Positions 1-10,270 of a stretch of DNA of 64,000 bases are shown here, piece after piece. The translations under genes were made by a program, and so were the position numbers. The notes under the pieces were generated by a model. The model was not told where the DNA came from. It saw only the letters and a program-made list of their open reading frames with translations, and searched no databases. Within the stretch, counting starts at the first letter, position 1, and each line of letters opens with the position of its first letter. The DNA is from a virus (lineage: Duplodnaviria; Caudoviricetes): positions 59,181 through 123,180 of IMG/VR virus record IMGVR_UViG_3300021255_000040, one strand, 5' to 3'.

Positions 1-996
1 AGTAAACTGGCTGATTACCTTTTTATATATGAGCCTCTGTTCAATATGTTGGACAAGGATGGGCCAAAGGTTAAAGTCATCTATTTCTCACTGGAGATGT
101 CAGCTAAGGAGAAGTACAATGAGTTTCTGTGTCACCTTCTATATAGGTTAGACAAGATTCACATTGATACAAGAAGGCTAAGAAGTGTGGATAAACCTTG
201 TGACCCTCATGTCTTTGAGCTACTGGAGTCTGACAGGTATCAGCGTTATATTAGGGCTTATGAGGAAATGGTTATCTTTAATGATACTGACAAAAATCCT
301 ACTGGCATCAGGAAGTTCTACCGTGATTATGCATTGGCTCATGGGCATTATAACTATGTAGTGGTTCAAGAGACTAATGAGATTACTGGAGAACTGGAAG
401 ACAAGAAGATTATTGACCCTATTAAGCCCTACACTCAGGATGATGAAGATGAATACAGGATTATCATTCTTGACAATGCAGCTAATATCTCAACAGAAAA
501 GAACTATGAGACACTGAAAAAAGCCATTGAGAAAGTCTCTAAGGATGGTATTGTTGCTAAGAAACAACTGAATTATATATTTGTATTGATTCAGCATCAG
601 GCTCAGGCTCAGGAAGGTATTGAGAATATTAAACTGGGCAGAATGCGACCAACCTCAGATGGTTTGGGTGATGCCAAAACTACCTCAAGAGACTTGAACT
701 GCTTAATTGGCCTGTATAACCCTATTAAGTTTCTTGCAGAGACACAACAGGAAATTTATGAAGGTTACAACATCAAGAAGCTCTCAAAGCATTGTAGATT
801 CCTTGAAGTCATTGAGGACAGAGACTATGGTGCAGGTGGTTATCAGTGTGGTTTGTTCTTTGATGGTGCTACCAGTACCTTTAAGGAATTGCCTAAAACT
901 AATGACATAGAAGGACTGGAAAGATATTACAGTTACATTAAGTCTCTGGAGTCTCTTGAGGACAATAATACCCTTCAATTAACTCATCCTAAGTAA
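1..996 (+). CDS. Replicative DnaB-like (SF4) helicase, 5' end truncated by window
   Basis: Frame is open from position 1. Motifs YFSLEMS, IIILDN, VLIQHQ and DGLGDAKTTSRD match SF4 helicase motifs H1a-H4 of crAss-like phages. Confidence 0.85.
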   Translation, partial: SKLADYLFIYEPLFNMLDKDGPKVKVIYFSLEMSAKEKYNEFLCHLLYRLDKIHIDTRRLRSVDKPCDPHVFELLESDRYQRYIRAYEEMVIFNDTDKNPTGIRKFYRDYALAHGHYNYVVVQETNEITGELEDKKIIDPIKPYTQDDEDEYRIIILDNAANISTEKNYETLKKAIEKVSKDGIVAKKQLNYIFVLIQHQAQAQEGIENIKLGRMRPTSDGLGDAKTTSRDLNCLIGLYNPIKFLAETQQEIYEGYNIKKLSKHCRFLEVIEDRDYGAGGYQCGLFFDGATSTFKELPKTNDIEGLERYYSYIKSLESLEDNNTLQLTHPK

Positions 997-1054
997 CTCC
1001 CTTCAATTTTTATATCAACAATTTAAGCAGGATAATCTTCTCATTTTGGGAGGT

Positions 1055-1062
1055 TATCTTTG
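1055..1062 (+). promoter_or_regulatory. Bacteroidota sigma-A-type -7 promoter element (TATCTTTG followed by CA)
   Basis: TAnnTTTG consensus in the intergenic region 40 nt before the ATG at 1102. Confidence 0.7.
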
Positions 1063-1101
1063 CAGTCACTAACATTTTAAAAGAGTAGAAGAAATAAAAG
1101 T

Positions 1102-1824
1102 ATGGCAACAATTATTGCAATTCTAGGTGCTTCTGGTGACGGTAAGACCACTAGCACAATCATTAATCCAGATGGAAAGTTTGACCTTGAGAACTATCAG
1201 GGCATGGATCCAAAGTCTCATTTCATTATTAACTTGGACAGAAAGACTCTGCCTTTCCCTGGAGGAATGTGGGACACAGCTCACAAGAACTATATGGAAC
1301 CTAAGACATTTGATGAAATCAGGAAGGGCTTGGAATACTGTGCCAAGAATCCTGAGATTAAGTCTGTGGCCATTGATACCATTAATATATGGCTCTCCAT
1401 GAAAGAGTTTAATGACCGTAAGAAGATGTCCTTTGACCAGTGGAGAGATATTGCCAATGATGTCATTGAGCTGAATATTCTCTGTAATACCACTCTGCGT
1501 AAAGACCAGACTGTCTATATCTTTGGGCATACCATGCTTCAGACACAGCAGGATGGTACAGAGAAGATGGTATTCTCTGTGATTGGTAAAAAGCTCACTA
1601 AGACCCAGCCTGAGGGATTTTATCCTATTGTTCTGATGACCCGTGTAGACTATGGTGATGATGGTCAGAATAAGTATTTCTTCCAGACTAAGGCTAATCA
1701 CAGTAGTGCTAAGTCACCACTTGGACTATTCTCAGACTTTGAGATTCCCAATAGCCTGAAGCTGGTTGATAATGCTATTCGCAAGTATTACAAGATGGAT
1801 GAACAAGCTACAGGTGTAGCATAA
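1102..1824 (+). CDS. AAA_24-type / Sak4-like P-loop ATPase
   Basis: Walker A GASGDGKT and Walker B VAIDT; lies upstream of the SSB-like gene. Confidence 0.75.
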   Translation: MATIIAILGASGDGKTTSTIINPDGKFDLENYQGMDPKSHFIINLDRKTLPFPGGMWDTAHKNYMEPKTFDEIRKGLEYCAKNPEIKSVAIDTINIWLSMKEFNDRKKMSFDQWRDIANDVIELNILCNTTLRKDQTVYIFGHTMLQTQQDGTEKMVFSVIGKKLTKTQPEGFYPIVLMTRVDYGDDGQNKYFFQTKANHSSAKSPLGLFSDFEIPNSLKLVDNAIRKYYKMDEQATGVA

Positions 1825-1859
1825 GGAAATAAATCATTTAATTAATTCAAACAAATCGT

Positions 1860-2378
1860 ATGGAAAAAAGAATTTCATGTTCTCAGTTCATGATTGTGAA
1901 GAATGTAGCCAAGGCTATTGACCCTGTTGTGCGTCAGAAGGCTACCATTCAGGCTAAGATTAACAACATTGAAGAGGACTACAAGAAGAAGGAAGAGGAA
2001 GAGATGGCCAAACTGAAGCAGCGTCTGGAAAAAGGCAAGGCTAAGAAGCTGGAGGCTCTGAATGCTGAGTTACAGGCTAAGGATGGTCAGATTGAGGCTC
2101 TTGAGTCTGGTGTGGTTAAGATTGTAGGATTCCATGTTACTGACCTTGTGAAGAAGGTTATGGAACCTAATGGTAAAGTGGATGATAAGGGTAATCCTAT
2201 TAAGGTTACTAAGTTCCTGCCCACCGATATGATTTCTTATGATGAGCAGAAAAAGGAGTATGTCATCACTACTGCTGATGATGCAGAGCAGCCCATTGTT
2301 CCCCCTACTACAGAAGATGGCCCTGGTTCTGACTTTGATAAGGATGCAGAGCACAACAATCTCCCTTGGGAAAACTAA
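1860..2378 (+). CDS. Coiled-coil protein with acidic LPW tail
   Basis: Clean ORF with AT-rich leader and charged helical composition. Confidence 0.7.
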   Translation: MEKRISCSQFMIVKNVAKAIDPVVRQKATIQAKINNIEEDYKKKEEEEMAKLKQRLEKGKAKKLEALNAELQAKDGQIEALESGVVKIVGFHVTDLVKKVMEPNGKVDDKGNPIKVTKFLPTDMISYDEQKKEYVITTADDAEQPIVPPTTEDGPGSDFDKDAEHNNLPWEN

Positions 2379-2415
2379 ACAACAAGTATAACATTTAATT
2401 TATTGATAAACAATT

Positions 2416-3336
2416 ATGAAGAATTTTAATCGTTCATTCAGCCTTTTGGCTATTGGTAAGACAGCAGAGTCAACTGAGACTCAGGAGTTTAAGCGTTACA
2501 TTGGATTGGCTAGCACCTTTGTGAAGGGTGTCAATCCCTCAAAGAAGGAACTTGATGAGTTCTTTGGTTATGAGTCTCAGGCAGAACCAGAGTATGTAGT
2601 AGATACTGATAATGGTAAGGAAGCAAGGATTACATTCCTCCTTGAGGTTGATCCTGCACAGACCAATGGTATTGAGCTGAAGACCAGAGCTATGTTTACC
2701 CTGCGTGCTACTCCTGCTTATAACCGTGACCAGACTAAGGTTCAGGTTATTGATAACTATGGTAACTATACTTGGGCCAATGTTGATGATGCAAAAGCTG
2801 GCAATAAGCTGCTCTCTGCTGATGGCAAGGAGCTGAAGATTGACTCTAAGTATCGCATGGCTTGTGTTGGTGAGTGTGACTTGGTAGCTTTCCTTAAAGC
2901 TTATCTTTGTGCAGAGGATGTCATGAAGTATGTTAATGGCTCTTGGATCAAGAAGGACAATCCTGATGAGTATAAGTTTGCTCTGGAGCACATCAAGGAT
3001 TACTTCACTGGTAACTTCTCTGAGATTAAGGAAGCACTTGCTTTGCGTCCTAACAATAAGGTGAAGCTACTCTATGGTGTTCGCACTACTGATGAGGGCA
3101 AGCAGTATCAGGCTGTATGTACTCGTGGTGAACTGATTCTGCGTAACTCTGCTGGTGTGAATGCACTGACAAAGCTGGAGAGGGATTTGGCTAATGCTAA
3201 GAACAATGGTGCTTACCAGAATACAGATTATAAGGTTCAGGAGCTTCAGGAGTGGACTGTAGAGCCTACCAATTTGGAGCAGGCTCCTGCATCAGCAGAC
3301 TCAGGCAGTTCAAGTGAGCTTCCTTGGGAGGCATAA
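2416..3336 (+). CDS. Single-stranded DNA-binding protein (crAss type), putative
   Basis: Lies between the ATPase and primase; flexible acidic C-terminus ending SELPWEA. Confidence 0.6.
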   Translation: MKNFNRSFSLLAIGKTAESTETQEFKRYIGLASTFVKGVNPSKKELDEFFGYESQAEPEYVVDTDNGKEARITFLLEVDPAQTNGIELKTRAMFTLRATPAYNRDQTKVQVIDNYGNYTWANVDDAKAGNKLLSADGKELKIDSKYRMACVGECDLVAFLKAYLCAEDVMKYVNGSWIKKDNPDEYKFALEHIKDYFTGNFSEIKEALALRPNNKVKLLYGVRTTDEGKQYQAVCTRGELILRNSAGVNALTKLERDLANAKNNGAYQNTDYKVQELQEWTVEPTNLEQAPASADSGSSSELPWEA

Positions 3337-3342
3337 TAATAT

Positions 3343-3406
3343 GAAAGGTCAGGAATAAGGGCTAAGTCGCCAAGCGTCTAATACTTATTTCTGAACCTTT
3401 CTTTTT
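3343..3406 (+). terminator. Long stem-loop with U-tract after the SSB gene
   Basis: gaaaggtcaggaataag ... cttatttctgaacctttc followed by ttttt. Confidence 0.6.
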
Positions 3407-3428
3407 AACCCTTTAAAGTGATAATCTT

Positions 3429-4511
3429 ATGATAGTAGGCAAAACAACATCCAGTATCTCTATTCCAGAGTTATTTGAAAAGTATTCAGAGATTAAGATA
3501 CTCACAGCAGTATTCCCAGAGATAACCAGTATTCCTTGTAGAATCCAGTCTCCATTCAGAGTTGACAACAATCCATCATTCAGCATCTATCTTGACAATG
3601 ACAATCACATCAAGTTCAAGGACTTTGGAGACAGTGATTGCAGAGGCAGTCTCTTGGATTTGCTTTGTAAGAAATGGAACTGTACTTTCAACCAAGTCTT
3701 TGATAAAATACTGGAACTGATGTCTAAACAGGAAGGTTCAGAGGTCAATCTTAGAATGAAACAGATTAAGACTCTCACTAGAAAAGAAGCTTCTGAGCTT
3801 ACTAAGATTCAAGTTAAAGTCAGACCTTGGCAGAAGTATGATGAAGAATATTGGAAGAGCTATGGGGTGGAGAAACAATGGTTAAAACACTCAGAAATTT
3901 ATCCTATTAGTCATAAAATTATCACTAAAAAGAATTCCCAAACAGGTAAAACTACTAAATACACATTCCCTGTTCCTAAATACTGTTATTGCTATGTTGA
4001 AAGAAAAGAGGGTAAATTGTCTTTAAAGCTATATTCTCCGTTCAGTAAAGATTATAAATGGTGTTCTAAAATGGATGCCAGTGTCATTTCTCTATGGACT
4101 AAAGTTCCTGAATATGGAGATAAAATTATCATTGCTTCCTCTACTAAAGACGCATTATGCATTTCCTGTAACCTTCACATACCTGCTGTTGCCCCACAAG
4201 GTGAAGCCTACAACCTTTCTGATACAGCAGTTTCAGAATTAAAAAGAAGATACAAGAATGTGTACATTGCTTTTGATGGGGATAAAGCAGGATTAGCCGA
4301 TGCTAAAAAATTAGCCAATTCTACAGGTTTTAAAACTCTCAGTTGCCCCATTCTCAAGACTCCTTCTGAGGATAGAAAGGAAGTAGTTGCTCTTATATCA
4401 GAGGGATTAGAGAAAAAAGATATGGCAAAAGATTGGTCTGATATATTCCTATATTTTGGCAATGATAGGTTTACAGAAGAATTTAATAAAGCCTTAGACT
4501 ATGCAAACTGA
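3429..4511 (+). CDS. DNA primase (DnaG-like TOPRIM, crAss type)
   Basis: N-terminal SPFRVDNNPSF...FKDFG; TOPRIM motifs IIASSTKDAL and AFDGDKAG; KDWSD. Confidence 0.85.
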   Translation: MIVGKTTSSISIPELFEKYSEIKILTAVFPEITSIPCRIQSPFRVDNNPSFSIYLDNDNHIKFKDFGDSDCRGSLLDLLCKKWNCTFNQVFDKILELMSKQEGSEVNLRMKQIKTLTRKEASELTKIQVKVRPWQKYDEEYWKSYGVEKQWLKHSEIYPISHKIITKKNSQTGKTTKYTFPVPKYCYCYVERKEGKLSLKLYSPFSKDYKWCSKMDASVISLWTKVPEYGDKIIIASSTKDALCISCNLHIPAVAPQGEAYNLSDTAVSELKRRYKNVYIAFDGDKAGLADAKKLANSTGFKTLSCPILKTPSEDRKEVVALISEGLEKKDMAKDWSDIFLYFGNDRFTEEFNKALDYAN

Positions 4512-5301
4512 AGAAATTTGGAAAGATATTCCAGGATATAACGGAAGATACCAAGCAAGTAATCTAGGAAGAATTAGAAGTACAGATAAAACGGTGCTTA
4601 AGAATAATGGTGTTTTAGGGCCTTATAAAGGCAAAATCCTTAGATTATTTGAAGGAACAGGTGGTTATATGTATGTAGCTATAGCTAAAGAACAAAATAA
4701 GTTTCAAGCGAAAAGATTACATAGAGTAATTGCAGAAACATTTATTCCTAATCCTTTAAATCTACCACAAGTAAATCATATTAATGAGGATAAGAAAGAC
4801 AATAGAGCAGAAAACTTAGAGTGGTGTACTGGAAAGTATAACACTAACTATGGTCACAGAGCAGAAAAATTTGCTATTTCTATGCGTAACAACACCTCCC
4901 TTAGTAAGGAGGTTAATCAGTATGATTTAGAAGGAAACTACATAAGAAGTTTTCCTTCTGCTGCTGAGGCTGCGAGATTCCTTGATTTAAATGATGTAGC
5001 TGCTGGAAGAATTGGACAATGTTGCAGACACTTATTCAAAAAAGGTAACTCTGCTTATGGCTATTTGTGGGAATTTGCAACAACTGAAAACAAAGGAATA
5101 CCTATAGAAAAACTCCAAATAGGCATTCCTATATATCAGTACTCTCTCGATAATTGTTTCATTAAAAAGTGGGACAATATAAGAACTGCTGCTCGAACTT
5201 TAAATTTAAGTGAGAGTAATATTAATAGAGCTTATAAATATCAAAAAACCTGTGGAGGTTTCAAATGGAGCAAAACTCTATTGCAGTCAAATCACAATTA
5301 A
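4501..5301 (+). CDS. Free-standing NUMOD4-HNH homing endonuclease with two NUMOD1 repeats
   Basis: EIWKDIPGY..YQASNLGRIRS; HRVIAETF..VNHINEDKKDNRAENLEW; two QY.L....I..F/W repeats; AT-rich. Confidence 0.9.
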   Translation: MQTEEIWKDIPGYNGRYQASNLGRIRSTDKTVLKNNGVLGPYKGKILRLFEGTGGYMYVAIAKEQNKFQAKRLHRVIAETFIPNPLNLPQVNHINEDKKDNRAENLEWCTGKYNTNYGHRAEKFAISMRNNTSLSKEVNQYDLEGNYIRSFPSAAEAARFLDLNDVAAGRIGQCCRHLFKKGNSAYGYLWEFATTENKGIPIEKLQIGIPIYQYSLDNCFIKKWDNIRTAARTLNLSESNINRAYKYQKTCGGFKWSKTLLQSNHN

Positions 5302-5330
5302 AAAATTAAAATCATTATTTTATTAAATTT

Positions 5331-5666
5331 ATGGCAGAAAACAATGTGCTTGGTCTGGATAAGTTTCAAACTACCATGATTAAGCGTAACTATGGTATTA
5401 TCAAACCCATTATTGCAAAGCGTGAGAAGGATCAGAAGAAGATTGATGATAAGCAGAAGGAACTGGATGCTCTGAAGCTGTCTCTTGAAGCTGAGATTAA
5501 CACCTATAATGAGCAGATTTCTGCTCTTGACAAATTCACTCTTGACACTACTGAGCGTTTCTGTGGCATTAGTCTTACTTCAGAACAGGTAATTGACTTC
5601 ATGGAGAATCCTGAGAAGTTTGCAGCCTATAAGCATGAGATGGGATTGGATGAGAATCAAGATTAA
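5331..5666 (+). CDS. Coiled-coil protein, probable paralogue of 1860..2378
   Basis: Clean ORF; N-terminus resembles 1860..2378. Confidence 0.65.
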   Translation: MAENNVLGLDKFQTTMIKRNYGIIKPIIAKREKDQKKIDDKQKELDALKLSLEAEINTYNEQISALDKFTLDTTERFCGISLTSEQVIDFMENPEKFAAYKHEMGLDENQD

Positions 5667-5692
5667 TAACAACTAAAAAACAACTGAGAATT

Positions 5693-5986
5693 ATGGAAAG
5701 AAAAGAACTTTATGCAAAGATTCAGCAGCTGGGTCTTCAAGAAGAGGTGAAGAACACCTATGGTAAGAACTACACAATGGTAAGTAATGACAATCTGGAG
5801 CGCATCATCTGGAAGTATGATGCTACTCTGGCTAGTAAAGACCCTGATGCTCCTGTAACAGAGGAAACCACTAAGCCCCAGACTGAAACCACTCAGACAG
5901 AGAATGCTTATGAGGCAGCTTGCTTGGTATTCCTTGGAATCTTGAAGGATTCAGGAAAGCTGAATGACCTGTTAGCCAAGCTCTAA
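5693..5986 (+). CDS. Hypothetical protein
   Basis: Clean ORF followed by a terminator. Confidence 0.65.
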   Translation: MERKELYAKIQQLGLQEEVKNTYGKNYTMVSNDNLERIIWKYDATLASKDPDAPVTEETTKPQTETTQTENAYEAACLVFLGILKDSGKLNDLLAKL

Positions 5987-6011
5987 GTGATAGGGCTATT
6001 TTGTTTAGTAT

Positions 6012-6044
6012 GGGGAGGAGAAAATAGTAACCCCTCCCCTTTTT
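6012..6044 (+). terminator. Intrinsic terminator
   Basis: ggggagg...cctcccc followed by a T-tract. Confidence 0.75.
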
Positions 6045-6065
6045 AACTTTTAACTCACGTTAGAA

Positions 6066-8303
6066 ATGATAATTAACAGAAATGAAAGTGAAGTTACCGT
6101 CTTAGGTGAAGTACAAAAGCATAAGGTAGGCATTGACGAAAGAAACATTAATCATATTGTAACCATTCTGTCCTCTAATCTCTACTCTCATCCAATGCAG
6201 TCTTTTCTGCGTGAGATTGTCAGTAATGCTATAGACTCTCATATTGAGGCTGGAGTCAATGAGCCTGTCATCATTACTATTACTGACAATGATTTGTCCA
6301 TTAGGGATTTTGGTACTGGCATTTCTCCAGAAAGATTTGAAGAGATATTCTTAAACATAGGTAGTAGTACTAAAAGAGACAGTAATGATTATATAGGAAC
6401 CTTCGGTATCGGCAGGTTTGCTTCACTTGCAGTAGCAGATATAGTTAACATTACCTCATTTTATGATGGTAAGGCCTACTACTATGTGATGAACAAAGAC
6501 ATAGACCAGCTGCATATTGACCTGATACTGGAGAAAGATACTGATGAGCACAATGGTGTAGAAGTGAAGATTCCATTCAAAGCTTCTTTGCAGGATGAAG
6601 ACTGGAAAGCTCTTGCCTTTATCAAGAACCTCTATATTGAGGATAAGAGGAAGTATCCTAATACAGACCAAGGCAGCATCATCTTCTCATTCAATAAGAG
6701 GAAAGTCTATACCTACAAGACCTTCAAAGTACTGGAGATTGGTTATCCTTATAGCACTAAAGACAGATATACTGAAGTGTTGGTAGGCAATATCCCTTAT
6801 AGAGTGGACTATAGTTCCCTGTGGGAGGAAGATAGATATGACAACTGGGAAGATGCATTCAAGAAAGTATGCCCTTGTCTGAATATTGGTGAAGTGGATA
6901 TTACTCCCAACAGAGAGGGATTGCTCTATTCTGAACGTACCAAGAAGGCTTTGTGTAATGCTTATAATGAAGCTATTGATGAACTAACTACACTCTGGGA
7001 AGTATCATGCAATGAAGAATGCACTGACTTTAGGCAGTTTGCCCATGCCATTAAGAACCACTATGACAATGAACTGAAACTGGAAGGTGGTATCAGGGTT
7101 GATGTAGATAATGACCTGTCCTATATAGTCAAGATGAAGGATTTTCCTAAGTATAACTTCAAGGAACTGAAAGATATTATCCGCACTCTGCTTTATTCCA
7201 GCACAGATTATGTTATAACTTGCTTGGATCATAATGAAATGCAGAAAGGCAGAAGACTACTTGAGCAAAGTATTGAAAGAATAATGGACAAGTGTGATGA
7301 TGCTTATACTGCCATGATTGCTATGCCTGCATCTTATGGTATCAGCAGCAAGTATCTCAAGGGTTTCCTCAGTGAGCAGTTTCCTAATCAAAGGGTAATG
7401 CTACTCCGAGAGCCTCATATCTCTTTAGGCAGAGTCAGAAGTTTTATCCGTCAGAAATATGGTATTACCACTCTGACTGATTCCAAGAAGATGCATCTCA
7501 TCATAGCTTGTCTGAAGCACCTGATGAAGTATTTCAGTCAGCACATTCGCAGATGGGATATTATTAACTCTCCAGAGTATCTTCAGTATAAGGAGGACAA
7601 TAAGGAAGAGAAGGTGTATGTTCGTAACAACACTAAAGTGCCTTGTCACATCTGGTATCCTTCTGATACTTCCCCTGAGACTGAGACTGATACACCTAAT
7701 AACCTGATAAGAAGTCTTCACAACAGATACAAAAAGGCAAGAATAGTCTATGCACAGCTTGATAGTCCTTTTATTTATGGCTTCAAGGGTATTAACTACC
7801 CTAACCTTATTATTATAGGTCTGGCTCAGAACAACTATCAGTTGGCTGAAAAGGGAATGTTTCCTGACTATGTAAGACCTATTGAGGAGCTGTATTCTCC
7901 TGACAACAGGACTCTTCAGAGAATAGCTGCTATGGAGTATGTTCGTAATAAGGTACTTGTTACTAGTTTGAGCATGGCTTTCCCTAAACCGTTAAGAGAA
8001 ATAGCTGATAAGCTCAGTAAGTATCAAGACAAGTATCCCCATATTGGTCGCCATGATTATAGATATGATGGAGCCTACAATATTCTGAGAGTAGTTCCTG
8101 AGGAGAAATATGACAAAGAGATTATAGCCCTCTATCATCAGTTGGAAAAACCTTATGAGGTACAGCGTAAGATAAGTAACCACTATGGCAGTAAAAGTGA
8201 TTTCTTCTGGTATTTTCTGATGAAGGCTAAGAAGTTCAGACTGGACTATGACTATTATAAATGTATTAGAGACGACATTGACAAAATAACAAATCTATTA
8301 TGA
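6066..8303 (+). CDS. rIIA-like protein with N-terminal GHKL (HSP90-like) ATPase
   Basis: REIVSNAIDS, IRDFGTGI, GTFGIGR, NGVEV and DITPNREGL; ATGA-coupled to the rIIB-like gene. Confidence 0.85.
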   Translation: MIINRNESEVTVLGEVQKHKVGIDERNINHIVTILSSNLYSHPMQSFLREIVSNAIDSHIEAGVNEPVIITITDNDLSIRDFGTGISPERFEEIFLNIGSSTKRDSNDYIGTFGIGRFASLAVADIVNITSFYDGKAYYYVMNKDIDQLHIDLILEKDTDEHNGVEVKIPFKASLQDEDWKALAFIKNLYIEDKRKYPNTDQGSIIFSFNKRKVYTYKTFKVLEIGYPYSTKDRYTEVLVGNIPYRVDYSSLWEEDRYDNWEDAFKKVCPCLNIGEVDITPNREGLLYSERTKKALCNAYNEAIDELTTLWEVSCNEECTDFRQFAHAIKNHYDNELKLEGGIRVDVDNDLSYIVKMKDFPKYNFKELKDIIRTLLYSSTDYVITCLDHNEMQKGRRLLEQSIERIMDKCDDAYTAMIAMPASYGISSKYLKGFLSEQFPNQRVMLLREPHISLGRVRSFIRQKYGITTLTDSKKMHLIIACLKHLMKYFSQHIRRWDIINSPEYLQYKEDNKEEKVYVRNNTKVPCHIWYPSDTSPETETDTPNNLIRSLHNRYKKARIVYAQLDSPFIYGFKGINYPNLIIIGLAQNNYQLAEKGMFPDYVRPIEELYSPDNRTLQRIAAMEYVRNKVLVTSLSMAFPKPLREIADKLSKYQDKYPHIGRHDYRYDGAYNILRVVPEEKYDKEIIALYHQLEKPYEVQRKISNHYGSKSDFFWYFLMKAKKFRLDYDYYKCIRDDIDKITNLL

Positions 8304-8954
8304 GAATTGTAAGAGTAAACAATAGCTTAACGGCTATATTGTCTGATGGCAGAATCATTCAGACAAACAATTGCACTGATGAAATCTTTGAGCAGGTGAA
8401 GAAGTTCAAGGAAGATAATAATGAATTTGAACTGATTAACCTGCTGATTCCTGAGATTGATGAGGATGATGCAGAGGAGAATGAGCAGAAGAAGTTCCGT
8501 ACATTCTTTATTCAGACCGCTAAGAAAGCTGAAACCTCTGCTATCCTTGAGGTAAAGACTGATGACAATGGTGTTCAGGCTATGTACTGGAACTCAGTAT
8601 CTCCATTATCCTTGCCTCCTGAACTGGCAGAGAGAATCCTTAAGGCTGAGAAGGATGGTGATGAGAACCTGCTGGATACCTATAAGAATTTCTGGACTCT
8701 CACTTCACTAAATCCTCGTCCAGAGGTCAGGAGAAATCTGTTCAGGTTCCTGTCTAAGTGGGGCATGGTTATCTCCAAGTCTGGCTTGTTTGTAGGTTAT
8801 AGAAATGTAGAGGTGAAGGAAGAGGGTAAAACCCCAGAGACCACTATCTTTACTGATTCTCACAGTCACTCCACAACTATCCGTATTGGTCATGTAACCT
8901 CATTACCCATTGAAGAGTGCGACCTTGATAATGACAGAGAATGTAGTAGAGGGT
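8300..8954 (+). CDS. rIIB-like protein, exon 1
   Basis: NFW...NP...LFRFL...GLFVGYR...CDLDNDRECSRG(L); the expected GLH motif continues at 10099. Confidence 0.85.
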
Positions 8955-9060
8955 TAACATGTAGCCCACTTAGGAAGTAATTCCTTTGGAAAATAACGGG
9001 TAAAATCGGTGAAGCTATTTAACATTTACTTTAGAAATATTTAGGACATTAATTAGGTGG

Positions 9061-9113
9061 TTGCTCTATTGGAGCAATTTCTGTACCTTTACAACAACAA
9101 AAGATTGTAAAGG
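9061..9113 (+). promoter_or_regulatory. Intron-internal promoter (TTG-N20-TACCTTTA) and hairpin over the translation initiation region
   Basis: Perfect 9-bp stem cctttacaa(9086-9094)/ttgtaaagg(9105-9113) directly before the ATG at 9114. Confidence 0.6.
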
Positions 9114-9944
9114 ATGAAATTCACAAAAGAGCAATTAGAAAAGATTTATTTAGAAGAGTGCGTAAACAACAAAATGCGCTACTCTGAAGTTAAAAAGAAG
9201 TATGATATTCCAAGAGGTACTTGGGACTATTGGATCAGGAAAAGAGGAGGCAAAAAGGCAGACCTTAGAAGGCACAGGCCAAATGATGACTTCTTTAATT
9301 CCATTGATTCAGAAGTAAAGGCTTACCTACTTGGATATTTGTATGCTGATGGGTATTTAGCATCTGATGGTAGAATTGGGATTAGATTGCAGGAAGATGA
9401 TGTAGAAATAATAGAAATGATACAGAAATATATCTGTCCTAATAGTCCTGTTGAATCTTCAAATAATCAAAATTTCAAAAGAAAACCACAGCATTCTATT
9501 AGATGGAAATCTCCAATAATGTATAAAAGACTGCAAGAATTAGGGTTTTGCATAGATAAAACTCATACAGATTCTAATATTTTTCAGCTAATCCCTGAAG
9601 AATTGAAAAGGCATTTTCTTAGAGGATATACTGATGGAGATGGTCATATACAATCCTATAGACTAGATAATAGCACTTATAGAAAGATTAGTATAGTTTG
9701 GGCTAATGGAAGTTCTCAGATACTGACAGATATTCAAAATTGGCTACCTCAATACCATTGGCATCTATATAACAATGAAACTTTTTATGTTTTAGGATGC
9801 TATACACAGCATGATGTATACAGAGTAATAGAACTGCTTTACAAAGATGCAAACTTCTTTTTAACTAGAAAAATGAATCAAGCTAATAAAATATTTGATT
9901 TCTTTAGTAATAGTAATACCGAGCTAACTCAACAGATTGCGTAA
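9114..9944 (+). CDS. Intron-encoded double-motif LAGLIDADG homing endonuclease
   Basis: AYLLGYLYADG and HFLRGYTDGDG; N-terminal HTH-like region; the 3' end overlaps the intron core. Confidence 0.9.
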   Translation: MKFTKEQLEKIYLEECVNNKMRYSEVKKKYDIPRGTWDYWIRKRGGKKADLRRHRPNDDFFNSIDSEVKAYLLGYLYADGYLASDGRIGIRLQEDDVEIIEMIQKYICPNSPVESSNNQNFKRKPQHSIRWKSPIMYKRLQELGFCIDKTHTDSNIFQLIPEELKRHFLRGYTDGDGHIQSYRLDNSTYRKISIVWANGSSQILTDIQNWLPQYHWHLYNNETFYVLGCYTQHDVYRVIELLYKDANFFLTRKMNQANKIFDFFSNSNTELTQQIA

Positions 9945-10098
9945 GGCTGTTGGGTAGTGTAACGCATAGGTGGTGAATAAATATAATCCACCCACGAGTA
10001 TCCGTCTCCTTATGGGAGCAAAATATATGCTGAACTGCAAGAAGAGTTAAAGTACTTGCAGAACTACAGGATAAAAAGCCTGTAGGATAACAAAATTG

Positions 10099-10193
10099 TA
10101 CACATCGGAGGTACTTCATGGCTCCGCTATAACTATTTTGGTGATACAGGTCTTGTATGTCTGGTCAATCCAATGGATGTAGTTGCTGTGCCT
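10099..10193 (+). CDS. rIIB-like protein, exon 2 (95 nt)
   Basis: Encodes (L)HIGGTSWLRYNYFGDTGLVCLVNPMDVVAVP, matching the rIIB GLH...VNP.DVV.VP motif; absent from the ORF track. Confidence 0.9.
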
Positions 10194-10270
10194 TAATATA
10201 CCAGGGCCACATAGTAGAAATATTATGTGATAACGGGCAAAAACGGTGAAAGTTAAACTTTACAAAATAC

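Larger units (their letters stand above)
8955..10098 (+). ncRNA. Group I self-splicing intron 1 in rIIB-like gene
   Basis: Exon ends in U. P1 gggt/gccc has a U.G pair; P4 cggtgaa...aataccgag; P7 GCAUA(9964)/UAUGC(10026); terminal G at 10098. Removal restores CSRGLHIGG. Confidence 0.9.

Noticed and set aside
1027-1063. Imperfect inverted repeat overlapping the promoter at 1055
   Set aside because: It relies on several G.U pairs, has no clear U-tract and does not cover a start codon, so no function can be supported.
8955-8980. ORF-track end TCSPLRK* for 8300..8980, and start MDNNL for 11388..11678
   Set aside because: These are read-through into intron sequence, not real termini.
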